The position numbers and the translations under genes were made by a program. From Candidatus Saccharimonadota bacterium (GTDB lineage: Bacteria > Patescibacteriota > Saccharimonadia > Saccharimonadales > Saccharimonadaceae): a stretch of DNA of 64,000 nt. The DNA lies in NCBI GenBank assembly GCA_017404955.1, contig JAFRBH010000011.1:45453-109452 (forward strand), read 5' to 3'. Below, piece by piece: positions 61,482-64,000 of the stretch; the first letter of the stretch is position 1; each line of letters starts with the position of its first letter. The notes below the pieces were generated by a model. It was given only the letters and a program-made list of their open reading frames with translations. It had not been told where the DNA came from and ran no database searches.

Positions 61482-62252
61482 ATGGAAAAGAAATCTGGAA
61501 AAAACGTTAAGTCAAAAACTGACACTAAAACTCGCAGCCGTTCAAAGAAAATCATACACTCTTTGCCAATAGTTGGCCTTATCGTGCTCATTATCGCGCT
61601 TGTAGCAACTTTAGTAATTACTCTAATTAATTTCAATACCACCCCAATGAAGGAGATTGCGCCAGATGCGGAAATCATTGGCGTGCCAATGGAAAGGTAC
61701 TTTTTTGATGCAAAGGGTGGATGTACAAATTCTGAAGACATTTCGCTTGCAGATGGGAAAGTCAACGCCAAAGATTTTAGCGATGAGCTAAGAGAACGTA
61801 TAGTAATAAACTTTTTAGTTTCCCAAAAATACAACGGTTACCCATACGACTATATTAACGAAGTTTATCAATCATTCTTTGGTAGCGACAAAAACATCAC
61901 TGAAAGAGACACTTACGAAACGGTCGACGGCAAGATTTCTAAAAACGAAGATGGTATCTATGTGGCCTCAAGTAACTGTGCTGCGCCAGAGGTTTATACT
62001 TGTGTAGTGCTGGATAAAGCCTACCAATCTGAGAAAAATGACACCCTAAAAGCGACCGTAGGCGTCTTTACCGTAACCTCAGAAAATGGAAATATTTATC
62101 CAGGTTTGGCGCGTGATGGTGAAGCCCTAGGTCTTAGAACCGACTTTAACGCGGCAGAAAGAATGAACGATTTACCAAAATGGGAATTAACCTTTAAGAT
62201 TGATAAAAGCACCGGCCTTTATCAATTAGTTTCTACAAACAAACTAGCATAA
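61482..62252 (+). CDS. N-terminally anchored protein of unknown function
   Basis: 256 aa with a basic N-terminus, TM 'LPIVGLIVLIIALVATLVITLI' and an external domain with three Cys. TGtTATAAT lies 6 nt before the ATG. Confidence 0.6.
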   Translation: MEKKSGKNVKSKTDTKTRSRSKKIIHSLPIVGLIVLIIALVATLVITLINFNTTPMKEIAPDAEIIGVPMERYFFDAKGGCTNSEDISLADGKVNAKDFSDELRERIVINFLVSQKYNGYPYDYINEVYQSFFGSDKNITERDTYETVDGKISKNEDGIYVASSNCAAPEVYTCVVLDKAYQSEKNDTLKATVGVFTVTSENGNIYPGLARDGEALGLRTDFNAAERMNDLPKWELTFKIDKSTGLYQLVSTNKLA

Positions 62253-62257
62253 TTTTC

Positions 62258-62286
62258 TTGACCATTTTTCCGCTTACGTTTATAAT
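62258..62286 (+). promoter_or_regulatory. Sigma70-type promoter TTGACC-17-TATAAT, 6 nt upstream of the ATG at 62293
   Basis: TTGACC at 62258-62263, a 17-nt spacer, TATAAT at 62281-62286. There is no room for a leader or an SD. Confidence 0.55.
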
Positions 62287-62292
62287 AAAAGC

Positions 62293-63027
62293 ATGGACAA
62301 AGAAGGTCAAAATTCTACGGGTGCCAAAGTTTTTGAATCGAAAGATATTGGCAGTAGGGAAAAACCAGATTATTTTATCAATGTAAACGATTCTGAGAAG
62401 AAGGCTAAAGAGCGAGAAAAGCAAGCTCAGCCCCACAGAAAACGCTTAATCATCATCTTAGCAAGCATTGCTGGAATTTTGATTCTAGCAATTTTAATTA
62501 CAATCATTGTGAACGTGACTAAGAAAGACCGCCACGAAGTTTATGATGGCCTCGGTCTTCCTTCTGCTATTGATGAGATTGAGGAAAGGGCCTATAACTT
62601 TGTTTACGATGGTAATGGCAATGCTACTGCCGAAGGCTACAAAAACGCCCTATACTTTATGAACACTGTCATCATGGACATGACTGATGAAGATTATGAT
62701 ATGGACTTAATCTTTGCAGCTCGCGCCTTCCGTTCAAAACTAGCTTACGAAGCTGGCGGACATGACGCAGCCTTAAGTGATGCCTTGACTCTAGCCAATG
62801 TCGCAGTGACTGACGCGCAGAAGTTTAGCGCTTATGATGCACTTGCTTGGATTTATATGTGGAGAGGGGAGTTAGATGAATCCAATAAATACGAGGGCTT
62901 GATGGATACGCTAGATGTACCAGAAAACCAGAACGGTGGCGTAGGCGGTTTGGTTACTGATGAAGAGATCAATGCGGATATTGAAGCAGGCGTAAATGAA
63001 TTGACGGAGAGGGCAAATGAAGAATAA
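62293..63027 (+). CDS. N-terminally anchored protein of unknown function (helical, possibly TPR-like external domain)
   Basis: 244 aa with a charged N-terminus, TM 'LIIILASIAGILILAILITIIV' and a helical-looking C-terminal domain. Confidence 0.6.
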   Translation: MDKEGQNSTGAKVFESKDIGSREKPDYFINVNDSEKKAKEREKQAQPHRKRLIIILASIAGILILAILITIIVNVTKKDRHEVYDGLGLPSAIDEIEERAYNFVYDGNGNATAEGYKNALYFMNTVIMDMTDEDYDMDLIFAARAFRSKLAYEAGGHDAALSDALTLANVAVTDAQKFSAYDALAWIYMWRGELDESNKYEGLMDTLDVPENQNGGVGGLVTDEEINADIEAGVNELTERANEE

Positions 63028-64000
63028 GAAAATGGCTTTTAGAGCAACCATTATACTATTTGAAATAGCCCTATTTTGGCTCTGGCCTAACGTGAGTCAA
63101 CAGGTGTGGGCAGACGAACTTTCTGGTACATCAACTGACTACCACCCAGTAGAGACGACTAGTAGGGCTACTCAGGGCGAAGGACAAAGTAGCAGTAATA
63201 GCGGAACTGCAAGAAATTGTGTCGGGACATGTAATGGCATAATCAATAGCCGAGATACCGGTTGGGTGGCAATGACCGTTCCAGCATCTGGCTATATTGA
63301 TTTTTCTGGATACAGTTATGGTGCCATCCAGATACCAGCGACTAGAATGACTTTTGATGCTCCTGCAGGTACAACAGTTTATGTATATGGTGTTTTTGCG
63401 GGAAGAAATGGTTCTCTAAATTCAACTAATGGTAGAGTTCCAGTGAGTGAAGGTCAATTTCTTGCGCCAATCTCAGTCGCTGGTATTTCTAAGGCTGATG
63501 GTACTTGGATGAAGGAGTTTGCCGCTGCGTATTATGCAACTAAAGTATACGGGACGTCCTACCGTAAGAACGCTAGAGGATTGAACGAGCCAAGCCTTCT
63601 TGCGAAATACGAGCAATTATTAGCATCAGGCGCATTGACTATAGATGATTTATTAAATTCATCATTCAATTACTTTGGCGATTTCAATGGTCTCGTTGCG
63701 AATCTTACCGATGCAGAGGTTGCCGAAATCCTCGCCGAACTTCCTGCCATCACCGTCCCACCAGTTCCACTCATGAGCTGTCATATCGGCACGCACGCCG
63801 GTTGGGCAGAAGGCAAGGCTCAGGTCCAGAACATGACCACCGGCACCGGTTGGACCGACGAAGTTTGGGCTCGCCCAGGTGACACTGTGCAATTCATGAT
63901 TCAATATTGTTGGGGTGTCGGCGCAGTTGGCGGTAGTCGTGGTAACTCGTCTAGCCCTTATGCAATCTATCCAGGCGCCAATGCAAGGGTCTTTGGTAAA
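63017..64000 (+). CDS. Secreted protein of unknown function, 3'-partial (runs off the window)
   Basis: I translated this frame codon by codon from the ATG at 63017 to position 64000: 328 sense codons and no stop. The N-terminus 'MKNKKMAFRATIILFEIALFWLWPNVSQQVWADE' looks like a signal peptide. The ORF is absent from the supplied track, presumably because it has no stop codon. It overlaps the previous gene by 11 nt. Confidence 0.6.
   Translation, partial: MKNKKMAFRATIILFEIALFWLWPNVSQQVWADELSGTSTDYHPVETTSRATQGEGQSSSNSGTARNCVGTCNGIINSRDTGWVAMTVPASGYIDFSGYSYGAIQIPATRMTFDAPAGTTVYVYGVFAGRNGSLNSTNGRVPVSEGQFLAPISVAGISKADGTWMKEFAAAYYATKVYGTSYRKNARGLNEPSLLAKYEQLLASGALTIDDLLNSSFNYFGDFNGLVANLTDAEVAEILAELPAITVPPVPLMSCHIGTHAGWAEGKAQVQNMTTGTGWTDEVWARPGDTVQFMIQYCWGVGAVGGSRGNSSSPYAIYPGANARVFGK

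Noticed and set aside
63662-63904. An 80-aa ORF on the minus strand
   Set aside because: It lies antisense to a 328-codon open plus-strand frame that begins with a signal peptide. It sits in the GC-rich part, where spurious antisense ORFs are expected.
1-64000. CRISPR arrays, transposases, integrases, prophage genes, toxin-antitoxin pairs and rRNA genes
   Set aside because: I found no regularly spaced direct repeats, no recognisable DDE or tyrosine/serine recombinase motifs, no phage structural genes and no rRNA-like sequence. The only stable-RNA gene seen is the tRNA at 60874-60949.
1-64000. Possibility of an alternative genetic code (UGA read as Gly or Trp, as in some CPR lineages and Mollicutes)
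   Set aside because: TGA functions as a stop at well-defined gene ends that coincide with ATGA start overlaps (14699-14702, 24701-24704). Conserved proteins (DnaA, DnaN, RmlABCD, GalE) are full length under the standard code.

Overview
This is a gene-dense chromosomal window: nearly every intergenic gap is under 280 bp and many genes overlap by 1-8 nt. It is moderately AT-rich, uses the standard genetic code, and carries Gram-positive-like envelope genes. The gene content and the small two-helix pilin family suggest a reduced CPR/Patescibacteria genome, probably Saccharibacteria/TM7. That assignment is inference only. The window has five blocks. (1) 0.9-18.8 kb holds a Gram-positive-type type IV secretion (T4SS)-like locus. 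It encodes six paralogous small pilin-like proteins, a VirB6-like polytopic protein, a PrgI/VirB3-like protein, a VirB4 ATPase apparently split over two ORFs, a large orphan membrane-anchored protein, and two tandem copies of a 'bifunctional peptidoglycan hydrolase + PEGA-domain membrane protein' module. No relaxase, coupling ATPase, integrase or transposase is visible in the window. comFC and an hsp20 gene sit inside the pilin block. (2) 18.8-22.8 kb is the replication-origin region, recF-dnaN-dnaA, with TTTTCCACA-type DnaA boxes on both sides of dnaA. (3) 22.8-28.3 kb holds rpmH, a heterodimeric ABC exporter pair, then rnpA-yidC-jag. (4) 28.4-57.6 kb is a cell-wall glycan locus of about 29 kb. 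It includes an LCP ligase, a LexA-N-domain-only regulator, many GT2/GT4 enzymes, two GT-C-like membrane proteins, rmlACBD, a Wzm/Wzt-type ABC exporter, galE, an initiating phosphotransferase, a Wzy/ligase-like protein and GtrA. A DsbA-like protein and a secreted ricin-lectin protein are embedded in it. (5) 57.6-64 kb holds murC, a small basic protein, membrane and secreted proteins of unknown function, a GC-rich lipoprotein gene next to tRNA-Met(CAU), an FtsB/DivIC-like gene, and a 3'-open secreted-protein ORF with an internal compositional break. A window-wide regulatory signature is an extended -10 box (TGnTATAAT) placed only 6-10 nt upstream of the start codon of about 20 first-in-operon genes, which implies leaderless mRNAs. 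Operon-internal genes instead carry clear GGAGG-type Shine-Dalgarno sites. All functional calls rest on motifs read from the translations; no database search was possible.
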